Shown here: positions 24,097-39,460 of the stretch, one piece after another
Numbering within the stretch: the stretch's first letter is position 1
Layout: the number at the start of each line of letters is the position of its first letter
NCBI RefSeq assembly: GCF_006345805.1
Contig: NC_042997.1
Location: 23,622,001 to 23,686,000 of the forward strand
Source: Octopus sinensis
Taxonomy: Eukaryota
Length of the DNA stretch: 64,000 nt
Direction of reading: 5' to 3'
Translations under genes and position numbers: made by a program
Notes under the pieces: generated by a model
What the model was told of the DNA's origin: nothing
Databases searched by the model: none
Seen by the model: only the letters and a program-made list of their open reading frames with translations

Positions 24097-25101
24097 CAGT
24101 GCTTCTCAAACTATCTGATGTGGCGTACCGGCAGTTCTTTTTTCAGTGTGCCAAGGACCGGTATTATTTCTTAGTAATATTAATTTATACCAGAAACAAT
24201 ATCTATAATGAATATAATAAAAGTTGACAATATTTTGGGATCTTTACCGACAGATTTAAAAAAATGATTTTTTTGTAACTAAACACTTTCAAACTTCGGA
24301 CACTGGTAGAATGTGTCATATTAAACATTTTACTCTAAGCGTTTTTGAGAAAAAGCTTATATTTAGGAAGTTATTTCACGTTAAAGTTGTAGTATTTCGG
24401 TAATTTCAACCAATCAATGACCTGTATTCAGCTGAATAAAATTACTGCTGTTGCTTGTCAACAAGAACTTCTGGCGGTGTATATTTCGTTTGTCACTGTT
24501 ATTTATGACAACTCTAACCCTCAAACCCTAACCCTAAAACCCTGACTCTAAAATCCTAACCCTAACACCATAACCCTAAAACCTCAACCCTAACCCTAAA
24601 ACCCTATCCATAACCCTAAAACCCTATCCCTAACCCTAAAACCTTAAAGCTAAAAAGTGACAAACGAAATATACACCGCCGGAAGTTGTTGTTGACAAAC
24701 AACGGCAGTGATTTTATTCAGCTGAATACACGTCATTGATTGGTTGAAATTACCGAAATACGACAACTTTAACGTGAAATAACTTCTTAACTATAAGCTT
24801 TTCTCAAAAACGCTGAAAGTAAAAGATGTTTTATGTGATACATTCTATCAGTATACGAAGTTTGAAAGTGTTTAGTTACAAAAAATTATGTTTTAAATCT
24901 GTCGGTCAAAAGGTAAAGATCCATTTTAAAAAAATCTTATATTCATTTTGTAAACAAATAATACAATATTACATAAGCCGGTAAGTTGTTTACTGCAGTG
25001 CATAAGGCGAAATTACTGAAATTATGCTAATATTTCTTTCTTTTCTGGAAACACGTAGCGTATCGGTACCGGTCCGTGGACCACCACTTTGAGTAGCACT
25101 G
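24097..25101. mobile_element. hAT/Charlie-like MITE
   Basis: TIR CAGTGCT(T/A)CTCAAA and 8-bp TSD TTATAAAG / CTATAAAG. Confidence 0.8.
24238..24922. mobile_element. Foldback MITE with arms of about 270 bp and a telomere-like spacer, nested in the hAT MITE
   Basis: GGATCTTTACC...GGTAAAGATCC ends, with a (CCCTAA/CCCTAAAA) core at about 24512-24645. Confidence 0.85.
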
Positions 25102-25189
25102 CTATAAAGTATATTAAACGTTTTTATAAGTCAGCACCACGTCTTACTGCGTTAGTAGTGCTTATTACATTATTTTAAGATTGTTTCTA

Positions 25190-26090
25190 CAGAAATTTTA
25201 GCCTGCGCTGATTTTTGCTACAACGCTTCGTATCGAAACGTCAGATGTAAACAAACAATGTGATCGAAGACAAAATGGTTAATACGTGGTCTTTGTCCCT
25301 GCAACACTTCCGTCCGCCCCCACCAAGAAAACCGCACTTAAAAAATAATTTTTTTTCGACACCAAACCCCTCTTTTCGGTTACGGGGAATACAAATCTGC
25401 AAAAAAAAAACAAAAAAAAAAGGCAAAAATCGACATTTCTAAATTACCACCCCTCACCCCTATTTCCTTAATTTTTCACTTTTTTCAGATTTTTTTTATT
25501 ATTATTCAAAATATGCGGAAAAATACGGAGATTATGATTCTGAAAGAAATTTCCAAAAATTTTTGTTAACATTTTTTTAAAGAATTGTTTTTCTAAATAT
25601 GCAGAAAAATACGGACATTATGAATCGGACAAAAATTTCAAAACATTTCTGTACTTACGGTTATATGGTTAGGGTTTGGGTTTTAGGGTTAGGGTTTTAG
25701 GGTTAGGATTAGGGTTTTAGGGTTAGTGCTGGGGAAAAAAACAAAATTGAAGAAATTGCGGGTGGGGTGGTGAAAAATTTTACAATGCCGATTTTTGGCA
25801 ATTTTCCGGAACCTCCGTATCCGAAAACGAGGATTTTTGGCAAAAAAAAAAAAAAATTAAAAAACAAATTTGTGAGAAAATGGGGAGTGGGGACGGGTGG
25901 AAGTCTTTCCTTTGTCTCTTCATCAGCACCCATTTTATCCACTCTCGCCTCCGAGCACATTGCTTATATAGCCACTGTTTACATGGCATATATACTCATT
26001 ACCTATTTTTGTCTTCGATATCATTTGTTTACATCTGACGTCTCGATATGAAACTTTGCAGCAAAAAATTAGTGCTGGTTATAATGTCTG
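25190..26090. mobile_element. TA-flanked foldback MITE (Tc1/mariner-like) with a telomere-like core at 25667-25726
   Basis: TA|CAG...CTG|TA, degenerate TIRs of about 90 bp containing GACGTCAGATGTAAACAAA, and further internal inverted blocks. Confidence 0.65.
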
Positions 26091-26569
26091 TAGGTATAAC
26101 CTTAACGAAATAATAGCAATAAAGTCAGGTATAAGTGATTTACAATTTTAATTTTGAAACTGCTTTCAGTGAATGAATATAAAAAAAGGAAAACGAACGG
26201 TTCTCTAAACGAATAAAGTGACTAGCAAATTGTTTTTCTGAAGAAAATTAATCTCGCATAACACGATGACATTTGATTAACAAACCCGAAGCAGACTCTT
26301 AACACACGCCTAAAAGTGACTGGGAGCCTATTCGCTTAGCGAGCTGAAATTTGAACAACAATCAATTGGTAGACTTCGCACTACTTTAAGAGCCGGGAGA
26401 GCATATACGAACTGTACGCTTAATGTAAAACGATTTAAAATTTGAACAACGAACCACGCGTAGACTATGTACGCATACAAGTGGATGGGAGATCATGTGC
26501 AAAGGGTTCGTTAATGTCCATGTATGTAATTGTAGCTTGCAAATTAAATATTTCTCATATTGTTTGCTA

Positions 26570-26915
26570 ACTCTGAGCACCTTTTCAAACTCCACCTGTC
26601 TAGCACCCGTTAGAAAACAGCACAGCTCCCATGACTTTCGGAATAATTTTTTCACGCTAAGAGTTGCTGCAGTATGGAACAAACTGCCGGCATCAGTTGT
26701 TAGTTGTCGGAGCACTGCATCCTTCAAAACTTCCATGCTTCTTGAGATTCGCCAACACTACACCTGATTTTCTCCCCTCCATACACACGTAAGCATGTAT
26801 CTGACTCATACACTGTTCACTTTCCAGACATTTGTACATTACTGCATATGCTTTATACTCACTTTTAACACGTTGTGGTACACCTGAGCACTGGAAACAA
26901 TAATTTCATTATATA
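26570..26915 (+). mobile_element. 3' end of a CR1/L2-type LINE
   Basis: RNNFFTLRVAAVWNKLPASVVSCRSTASFK* is a typical CR1/L2 ORF2 C-terminus, followed by a UTR and an (ATT)n-like tail. Confidence 0.75.
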
Positions 26916-26979
26916 TTATTATATATTACTAACAAGTAACCATGGATCTACAGAAGCAAGACAAGGGAGAGAAACGTGC

Positions 26980-29720
<2,741 letters not shown>

Positions 29721-29929
29721 CAAAATCATTGGAGTATCGAAAAGAAAGTATTTTTTCGGTTCGTTACGTTCTGATCCGACTTCAAATCTTGCCGAGGGAA
29801 GGTCAACTTTGCTTTTTATCTTTTTGGGAGTTGATAAAATATAGTACCAGTCAAATAGTGGGGTCGACATAGTCAATGCACCCTCCTCCTACTATGCTGA
29901 ACACAGTTTACTTCGAACACACTTTTGAC

Positions 29930-30225
29930 AAAATTTCGTATTTTAGGAGTTATTTCGTGTTAAAGTTGTCGTATTTGGGTAATTTTTACCAATCAACGAC
30001 ATGTATTCAGCTGAAGAAACTAAATATGGTAGAGATGACCCAGAAGTTGCTGCCCTTCGATTACTATCGCAAACAGCAGTAGGTTTCAACGTGCATTCAG
30101 CTGAAGAAACGTACTGCTGTTTGTGATAATAATCGAAGTGCAACAACTTCCGGGGTCATCCCTAGTAATTCTAGTAGAGATGACCCGGAAGTTGTTACTC
30201 TTCGATTACAAACAGCGTCCAAACA
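29930..30225. mobile_element. Partial foldback MITE arm with a 127-bp internal hairpin (30034-30160); related copy at about 32620-32850
   Basis: Matches the left arm of 24238-24922, then GATGACCC(A/G)GAAGTTG...CAACTTCCGGGGTCATC. Confidence 0.7.
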
Positions 30226-30607
30226 GCTGCGCCCAATCGTCTCATTCCTGCTTCAGGATTACGTTAAGTGTACGTGGAGCAATTAATTGCTTAAAAGACT
30301 AGGTCAGTGTATAGGCGGTTCGGTTGATCGAACAACTCGTCGAACATACGGAGGACCCATTTGCTATTGAAGGAGAAGAAGAAGAGGGAAACGATGTGTG
30401 AGATATAAAATTAAGATGCACAAAATCATTGTTGTTGTTGTTTACCTGCAGATCAGGCACCTGAATAAAGACCTGAATAAAAGAGTTCCAGATCACCTCT
30501 CTTTTTTTGAAGTTGGTATAGTGAAATTTGAGGGAGATTTGGCTGAGATTTTTAGTACACCGAGGAATCTCCTGGAAAGAAGTACATTTTTAAAATCACA
30601 ACTCTGT

Positions 30608-30870
30608 TCCGAATCCAGATAAAAAGTCACAGGTAAAAAAGTTAAGGAAAAAGTCACTGGGGTTTTAACCGGGTGGGAGGGTTGTCTGAGGAGGTTTTGT
30701 CCTGGAGAGGTTTTGTCCGGATCCCATAAATCAATTGTGACTTTTTTCCTGTGACTTCATTACCGACCACCATAAATTAATTGTGACTTTTCCTGTGACC
30801 ATTTTTTCTAGCCAGTATTGTGACTTTATTACTGTGGCTTTTTATCCTGTGTCTTTATTACCGGTCACCT
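30608..30870. repeat. DNA-transposon remnant with AAAAAGTCAC / GTGACTTTTT subterminal repeats
   Basis: Several inverted copies of the motif; termini unclear. Confidence 0.45.
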
Positions 30871-31150
30871 CTGTTCCATCTGGGGGGTAAACGAACAACA
30901 ATTGCAACAACAACGACAAAGATAACAATAGCGACGAATTTTACTACATCAATGACAAGGGTTTGATAATGCTCCTTTCTTCACATCATAGGTTGTAACT
31001 TAGACACAAGGCCAGCAATTCTGAGGGGAGAGGGTCAGACTAATGATTCTCAACCATTTTTTTTGTTCACGGATCCCTTCGATTCCTATTTTAATCGGGT
31101 GGACCGATTATAGCCACTCAATGTTTAGAAAAATCCCATTATATTTTCAG

Positions 31151-31325
31151 AGGCGTAGGAGTGGCTGTATGGTAAGTAGCTTGCTTACCAACCACTGGAT
31201 TCCGGGTTCAGTCCCACTGCGTGGCACCTTGGGCAAGTGTCTTCTGCTATAGCCTCGGGCTAACCAAAGCCTTGTGAGTGGATTTGGTAGACGGAAACTG
31301 AAAGAAGCCTGTCGTATATATGTAT

Positions 31326-31386
<61 letters not shown>

Positions 31387-31635
31387 TATATTATATATAT
31401 ATATATATGTGTGTGTGTGTATATATGTTTGTGTGCCTGTGTTTGTCCCCCCAACGTCGCTTGACAACCGATGCTGGTGTGTTTACGTCCCCGTAACTTA
31501 GCGGTTCGGCAAAAGAGAACCGATAGAATAAGTACTAGGCTTACAATAAGTCTTGGGGTCGATTTTGCTCGACTAAAGGTGGTGCTCCAGCATGGCCACA
31601 GTCAAATGACTGAAACAAGTAAAAGAGTAAAAGAG
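31151..31635 (+). mobile_element. SINE family 1 with an expanded internal (TA)n
   Basis: Head, body and tail match 21740-22160. Confidence 0.9.
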
Positions 31636-32309
31636 AATTAAATATTAGGAATTGCCTAAAAAATGTGAAGATATTTGGTAGAAGCATAGCAATTTATTGC
31701 ACATAAATTTTAACAAAAGAAAAAAAATCTGATATAGACTCTTAGGGGTCATGTGGACCTTGGTTGAGAACTATTGGATCAGACGATCTTGTCTTTACAT
31801 AAAGCCAGTTGGAAGCCTTCATTTGCGATGAATGATAGAAGGCAGACGATAGCCTCGCCAGCAGAAGATGGTAGGCTGTCGAACTAAAGCAAGCCGTGCT
31901 TCCTCAATTAGGCTCAAATATTCACTAGAAATTTCTTACTGTTGGATATACTCGGCTTGTATATCGTAATTTTTTGTTAGTTGCGTGTGTTTTTCAGTTA
32001 AAAATTTCGACTGAATGACTCCTCTAGAAATCTCTGGACTTGCGCCAGAGTAACTTATCTGCCTACTTACCTCCCTTTCCTTCTCCCTCCTTCCCTTCTT
32101 TTCCCTCTCCCTTTTCCTCCCTCTCGCCCGTCCTTCCTCTCTACATACATACATACCTACACATACACAAACACATTATATATACATCTGCATACATGCA
32201 CACACAACTCTCAAGGCACCTAATATCATGCAACTAAGCACGCTATCGACGTTACATCAAAACACGTTATACTAACTACATTACAAAGCAATGTTCATAA
32301 ACACGCGAG

Positions 32310-32340
<31 letters not shown>

Positions 32341-33078
32341 CATACACACACACATACGCACACACAGAGATGAATCACGATTTTATAAACATAGAATCAG
32401 GAGCAAACATGAGTAAAGCACCGGTTTAAGAAAATTTTTAATTAATTGTTTCAAAAATTTTTGGGGAGCAAAATGCCAGTAATTTTCGTGGGAGGAGGAT
32501 AAGCCGATTACATCGCTCCCAGAACTCAGCTGGGCAATATTTCTTTTTAAATAAACAGTTTGTGACTTCGTATACTGGTGTAATTTCTCACGCTGAATAC
32601 GGTTTACTTTCAACAATTTTGACAAATTTTGTATTTTAGATGTTATTTCGTGTTAAAGTTGTCGTATTTGGGTAATTTTTACCAATCAACGACATGTATT
32701 CAGTTGAAGAAATTAAATATGGTATAGATGACCCGGAAGTTGCTGATCTTCGATTACTATCGTAAACAGCAGAAGGTTTCAACGTGCATTCAGCTGAAGA
32801 AACGTACTGCTGTTTGCGATAATAATCGAAGTGCAACCACTTCCAGTCACCACCCAGAACGCAAAAAAAAAAAAAATGATTAATAAAATTTCACACGTAG
32901 GGAATAAGAGTAAAGTTCATTAGCTTATACGATTAAACCTAGACAAGGAAGACAAGGGAGATAATTCTGTAATTCAAATTAATAAACCATTTGCCCGTCC
33001 AAAGCATTTTCATAAATTTATCTTAAACCATGCTTGTTTTCAGACTTTTGGTTAGCACTTGCTTTATATGTTCTGAGT

Positions 33079-33464
33079 CGGAGGCACAATGGCCCAGTGG
33101 TTAGGGCAGCGGACTCGCGGTCATAGGATCGCGGTTTCGATTCCCAGACCGGGCGTTGTGAGTGTTTATTGAGCGAAAACACCTAAAAGCTCCACGAGGC
33201 TCCGGCAGCGGATGGTGGTAATCCCTGCTGTACTCTTTCACCACAACTTTCTCTCACTCTTACTTCCTATTTCTGTTGTACCTGTATTTCAAGGGGCCGG
33301 CCTTGTCACTCTCTGTGTCACGCTGAATATCCCCGAGAACTACGTTAGGGTGCACGTGTCTGTGGAGTGCTCTCAGCCACTTACACGTTAATTTCACGAG
33401 CAGGCTGTTCCGTTGATTCGGATCAACCGGAACCCTCATCGTCGTAACCGACGGAGTGCTTCCA
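33079..33464 (+). mobile_element. tRNA-derived SINE, family 3, tail type A
   Basis: A box TGGCCCAGTGGTTAGG, B box GGTTTCGATTCCC, perfect 14-bp TSD TATATGTTCTGAGT (33065-33078 / 33465-33478). Confidence 0.9.
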
Positions 33465-33840
33465 TATATGTTCTGAGTAATATAAAGCATTTCTGTCATG
33501 AGTTCTAAATTACTCTCGTGGTTGAAAAGAATTGGGGATGTGTATTATTTTTGATGCATGAAGCCAGGGAAATGTATTTTGAGTATCACATGTGATACGC
33601 AGGACAGGTGAAGGGCTTAAAACTGAATGAGAGAATGCATTGGGGAGTGAGTCTGATCTTTTGAGCTTGCTTACATTATGTATGGTAACTTTAGTTAGCT
33701 ACGTATTTTTGAAGTAGAATCAAAATTAACTGATGACGAGGAAGCCTCAAATTCAGTTGTCAAATACGTTTGTAGCTTTATTTGAATTGTTTTTGGAGTG
33801 ACAGAATATATACATAAGTATATATAAGTATATAATAAAA

Positions 33841-34060
33841 GGCGGCGAGCTGGCAGAACCGTTAGCACGCCGGGCGAAATGCGTAACTGTATTTCGTCTG
33901 CCGCTACGTTCTGAGTTCAAATTCCGCCGAGGTCGACTTTGCCTTTCATCCTTTCGAGGTCGATTAAATAAGTACCAGTTACGCACTGGGGTCGATGTAA
34001 CCTTTGTCTGTCCTTGTTTGTCCCCTCTGTGTTTAGCCCCTTGTGGGCAATAAAGAAATA
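33841..34060 (+). mobile_element. SINE family 2 monomer
   Basis: GGCGGCGAGCTGGCAGAA head, GAGTTCAAATTCC B box, AATAAAGAAATA tail. Confidence 0.85.
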
Positions 34061-34210
34061 TATATACATAAGTACTGGAACGAAATCTGCATAGGGTATG
34101 CAAACCCAGGTCCAACATTTTTTACAAACACGGTCGATTTTTTCAATTTTAAATATCAAACCAAACACAGATATAACAACAACAACAACAACAACTACAA
34201 CAACAATAAT

Positions 34211-34280
34211 AAAGTCTATGACATGATACCACACTCATGGATAAGTCGATGTCTGAGTTTACTCAGTATAGCAGACAACT
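34211..34280 (+). pseudogene. Tiny RT fragment of an RLE-type (R4/Dong-like) LINE
   Basis: KVYDMIPHSWISRCL resembles the KAYD.VPHSWI..CL motif. Confidence 0.5.
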
Positions 34281-34590
34281 TATTCTATCGGTTCCTTTTG
34301 CCGAACCTTTAGATAACGGGGACGTAAACACACCAACACCGGTTGTGAAGCAATGATGGAGGAACAAACACAGACACAACGGCACACACTCACACACATA
34401 CACGCGCGCGCGCGCGCACACACACACACACACACACAAACGACGAACTTCTTTCGGTTTTCGTCTACCAAAACCACTCACAAGGATTTGGTCGGCCCGA
34501 GACTATAGTAAAGGACACTAGCCCAAAGTGCCACGCAGTGGGACTGAACCCGGATCCATGTGATTGAGAAGCAAGCTTCTTACCACATAA
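34270..34590 (-). mobile_element. SINE family 1, decayed
   Basis: Reverse complement of the family 1 head and body. Confidence 0.75.
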
Positions 34591-34700
34591 CCATACACAC
34601 ACACACATGTGTGTGTGTCTATTTGTGTATGTGTGCATATATGTATGTGTGTGTGTGTGTATGTGTATATGTGTATATGCATTTGTGTGTGGATACATAC

Positions 34701-34736
<36 letters not shown>

Positions 34737-34954
34737 GAATATATAGATATATGTATATGAAATTTTGCATCTATATACAGCATTCTATATGCACATGCAT
34801 TCATTCAAACATACACACTGTACCACTATTTACATGCATTATATACATGCAATCATGCAGCCCATGCTTGCACATTACGTCGTGCACACATACACATACA
34901 CATGCACACATACATATACGTACAGTGACATAAGACAAAGCACCGCTTCTCTTA

Positions 34955-36380
34955 CCACCACCACCACCACCACCACACCACCACCACCACCACCACCACC
35001 ACCACCATCACCACCATCACCACCACCACCACCACCACTACCACCACCACTACCACCACCGCCACCCCACCACCACCACCACCACCACCACACCATCACC
35101 ACCACCACCACCACCACCACCACCACCACCACCACCCCACCATCACCACCACCACCACCACACCACCACCACCAACCACCACCACCACCATCACCACCAC
35201 CACCACCACCACCACCACCACACCACCACACCACCACCATCACCACAACCACCACCACCACCACCACCACCACCACCACCACCATCACCATCACCACCAT
35301 CACCACCACCACCACCACCAACAACAACTATAACAATTGTGTTAGCATAAGAAAAATAATGACCGAATCTTGAAAAGCATCCTGGACAATGGATTCACTG
35401 GAGATAAGAAACAATGGAAGACTGAAAAGGGGGAAAAAAAAAAATCCAATAAACTACATAAGATTCAGTAAAAGTACAAAAAAGAAAAAAAATCATCATC
35501 ATCATCATTGTCATCATTAGTATCATCAACATCATCATTCTAGACGTCGTTATTACCACAATCGAAACCACCACCCGACCACCACCACCATAATATCATC
35601 ATCATATCATCATCATATCATCAACTTCATTATCACCACCACCACCACCATCACCACCACCATCACCACTTTCATCATCACTTTCATCATCATCGTCACC
35701 ACCACCACCATCATCGCTTTCATCATCATCACTTTCATCATCATCATCACTTTCATCATCATCATCACCACCACCACCATCATCATCATCACCACCATCA
35801 TCATCATCATCATCATAATCATCATCATCATCATCATCACCACCACCAACATCATCATCATCATCACCATCACTTTCATCATCATCACCATCATCATCAT
35901 CACCACCACCACCAGCACTACCACCATCATCATTATCTTCATCACCACCACCACCATCATATCATCATCATCTTCATTATCACCACCACCACCATCATCA
36001 CCATCATCACCATCATCATCTTCATCATCACCACCATCACCACCATCACCATCACCATCACTTTCATCATCATCATCATCATCACCACCACCAGCACTAC
36101 CACCAGCACTACCACCAGCACTACCACCACCATCACTCCCACCATCATCATTATCTTCATCACAACCACCATCATCATTATTACCACACTGCCATCATCA
36201 TAGTCAACATCATCACAAACCATAACTAACATCATGTTCGTCATCACCACATTCATCATCATCATCATCATATGAACTAACAGCAGCAACAGCAGCCTAG
36301 ACAACACCACCACCAATACCACCACCACTAACAACAACAACAACAACAACAACATCATCAACAACATCAAACTACGGACA
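34955..36380. repeat. (CAC)n and (CAT/CAC)n trinucleotide arrays
   Basis: Directly visible; source of the spurious poly-V/M/H/P ORFs. Confidence 0.95.
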
Positions 36381-36734
36381 CAATAACGACAATGAAGGTA
36401 ATAAAATAAACAAATAAATACATCGTGGGGTCGAAGATAAAAGATAACCACTCAGACAACAATAGAAGTGTCACAAGTTTCAATGTCAAGTGGAATATGG
36501 AGTGGAGCATAAAATGGAGTGGGAGTGGAGTATAAGTGAAGCAGAAATAGAGTCGAGTGAATTGACAGTTGATCGAAGTTTGAGTTAAGAGTAAGAGTGA
36601 TGGAACCAGCGATGGAGACGGTGGATACATAAGGGATAGATATATGGATAGTTTGAAAGACAGATGGATAGATAAACAAACAGGGTGGCTATGAATTCTT
36701 TTCTTCTATTTGCATATTCACACTTATATATATA

Positions 36735-37138
36735 CTAGCAGTATCGCCCGGCGTTGCTCGGGTTTGTAAGGGAAATAACTATAAAGCATTTTTAGAGAGT
36801 TATAGCCCAAAAATAGCAAAAAAAAAAAAATGCATTAAAAATGGAAAAAAATGATGGTAATTTTTTTTTTAAATCGTTGACTCATCGTAGACATTTTTAG
36901 AGAGTTACTTCCCATATATAATAGCGAAGAAAATGCATTAAAATGGAAAAAAAATGATGGTAAATTATTTTAAAAATCGTAGACTCATCGTAGACGCGCG
37001 CTAATATCCAGAAGGGATCGATATGAATCACGACTATAAGATACCCGGTTTTGGTTAAACTGCACCGCAAAATGTGGGAGTAGTTAGGAATCTAAATCGT
37101 AGGAGACAGACACACAACCTTACTTTTATATATAAGGA
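36735..37138 (-). mobile_element. Complete non-autonomous Helitron (404 bp)
   Basis: Minus strand reads A|TCCTTATATATAAAA...TGTGTGTCTGTC at the 5' end and hairpin CCCGAGCAACGCCGGG then CTAG|T at the 3' end, with no TSD. Confidence 0.9.
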
Positions 37139-37149
37139 TATATATATAT

Positions 37150-37686
37150 ATTAATAAATAAAACATATGCATATATATATATACATATATGTACGTACCT
37201 ACCTCTACATGTATATATACACGCATATATGAGTACAGGACACCAAAAAACGTCGAACACAATGAGAAACGAAAACATAGACACAAACCCAAGGAACTGG
37301 ACATTTTTCTTAAACAACAAAAAAAAAAGAGTACAGGACAGATAACACAAGGAAAAAACACCCTTCTTCAGTCGCCATGGTTTCATCTACTCTACGTTTC
37401 GAAGGTGAAGGCGAGACGTATCTTCGATAGAAACTTTCCTTCCTGCGAAAAGCAAATCAAATAAAATTTGAGATCTTTTTGCAGAGGGGTAAAAATGGTA
37501 ACAAAAACAGGACAGTAACGACAAAGAAAAATGTCCAGTTCCTTGGGTTTGTGTCTATGTTTTCGTTTCTCATTGTGTTCGACGTTTTTTTGGTGTCCTG
37601 TACTCATATATGCGTGTATATATACATGTAAAGGTAGGTACCTACATATATGTATATATATATATGCATATGTTTTATTTATTAAT
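37150..37686. repeat. Inverted repeat, arms of about 162 bp (37150-37311 / 37524-37686), probably Penelope-like
   Basis: Near-perfect reverse-complement arms; the spacer has a decayed TTCGAAACGTA motif on the minus strand. Confidence 0.7.
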
Positions 37687-37734
37687 ATATTATATGACGG
37701 AACGCACGCATCTCTTTCTAAGTAAGATTGTTCT

Positions 37735-37770
<36 letters not shown>

Positions 37771-38039
37771 TTAGCAATTAAGGACAACTACTTAATAAGG
37801 AAAACTTAACAAGAAATTGTCAGGTAGATAGCGTGAAAACCTCATAAGAGAATAAATTTCGAAAATAATTATTTCTTATTGAACATATTAATTTATATAT
37901 AGAGGGCATTATACATACATGCCAGAGGGCATTATACATACATGCCACACGCTAAGAGGGACAATTAGTCATTTCTACCCAAAATATTACTAATCCCACC
38001 GAATGCAATTTTTCAAAGTAAGACATTTAAAAAAATATA

Positions 38040-38085
38040 GACCTATATCACAGTGATTTCATACTTACGTATTCATCAGCAGGCC
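38040..38085 (-). ncRNA. Minimal type I hammerhead ribozyme with a canonical core
   Basis: GGCCUG-CUGAUGA-AUAC-GUAA-GUAU-GAAA-UCAC-U-GUGA-U-A-UAGGUC: all core nucleotides and three helices present, AUA cleavage triplet. Confidence 0.8.
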
Positions 38086-38168
38086 TGCATTCGGTGGGAT
38101 TAGTAATATTTTTGGTAGAAATGACTAATTGTCCCTCTTAGCGTGTGGCATGTATGTATAATGCCCTC

Positions 38169-38268
<100 letters not shown>

Positions 38269-38358
38269 ATATAAATGTGAATATGCAAATAAAAGAAAAG
38301 AATTCATAGCCACCCTGTTTGGTTATCTATCCATATATATATTCTTTTACTCCACCAC

Positions 38359-39002
38359 CATCTTAGCATTTTTGAGAACATCTTATATTTACGAAGATAC
38401 TTCACCTTAAATTTCTCGTATTTCGGTAATTTCAACCAATCAATGACGTGTAGTCAGCTGAATAAAATTACTGCTGTTGTTTGTCAACAAAATCTTCCGG
38501 CGGTGTATTTTTCGTTTGTCACAGTTATTTATAACAACTCTAACCCTACAACCCTAACCCTAAAACCCTAACCCTGAAACCCTAACCCTAACTCTAAAAC
38601 CCTAACCCCAACACCCTGACCTTAACACCCTAACCCTAAAACCCTAACCCTAAAACCCTAAAGCCCTAACCCTAAAACCTTAACCCTAACCCTAAAATCT
38701 TAAATCTAAAACCAGTAGAAACGCACGATGTCATAAATAACAGTGACAAACGAAAAATACGCCGCCGATAGTTGTTGTTGGCAAACAACATCAGTAATTT
38801 TACTTAGCTGAATACACATCATTGATTGGTTGAAATTACCGAAATAGGACAACTTTAACGCGAAATAAACTTCTTAAATATAAGTTTTTCTCAAAAATGC
38901 TAAGATGTTTCATATGACACATTCTAGCAGTGTCCGAAGTTTGAAAGTGTTTAGTTACAAAAAATAATTTTTTAAAATCTGTAGGTCAAAAAGTAAAGAT
39001 CC
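38359..39002. mobile_element. Second copy of the foldback MITE with a telomere-like core (left arm truncated)
   Basis: Arms match 24238-24922, CCCTAA/CCCTAAAA core at about 38540-38705, ends AAAGATCC. An isolated right arm lies at about 49190-49337. Confidence 0.85.
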
Positions 39003-39009
39003 AAAACCG

Positions 39010-39460
39010 CTGTTGAAATGCGAAATCAGTTTTGGAGGGACTTTCAAAACATTCACCTACGCGATTTACCATTGCTTTAATTATAAAAAAAAGTTTCAAG
39101 TAGAAGGACCTGTTCGGAATTTCTACATGAAACGTTCCGGGAGACTGTGAACATCAACGAGCTCCATAATCCAAGAAAGCGTATTAGAAATGTATTTTCA
39201 GCGTTCAAAAAAAATTTGCACCCAAGCGTGTCGTTTGGTTGGAAACTCAGGCATCTATCACATTTTGAAACGCTGCCATTGAAAAACTTATATTCCGTGA
39301 ATAGCTCATGTTCTTAATAGAGATTATTCGGACGGAATAGTGAATGAAATTCTATGGGGCAAGATCTGTAATACACACTTTCCAACAAAGATTGTTTGGA
39401 GTGACGAGACTACATTTAAACTGAATGATTCAATTAACCACCAGAAATGTATCTGCTAGG
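39010..39460 (+). pseudogene. Decayed Tc1/mariner-superfamily transposase, N-terminal half
   Basis: PTRFTIALI.KK...G.V, KRSGR and KIVWSDETTFKLNDSINHQKC (first catalytic D motif) are recovered across frameshifts. Confidence 0.7.

Noticed and set aside
33079-33155. tRNA genes at SINE heads (also 57800, 61910, 8277)
   Set aside because: A and B boxes are present, but the heads continue into SINE bodies with tails and TSDs and lack a full cloverleaf.
33728-33770. CTGATGA-C-GAGG-AAG-CCTC-AAATTC as a hammerhead
   Set aside because: G12 is absent and helices I and III cannot be formed; at most a dead relic.
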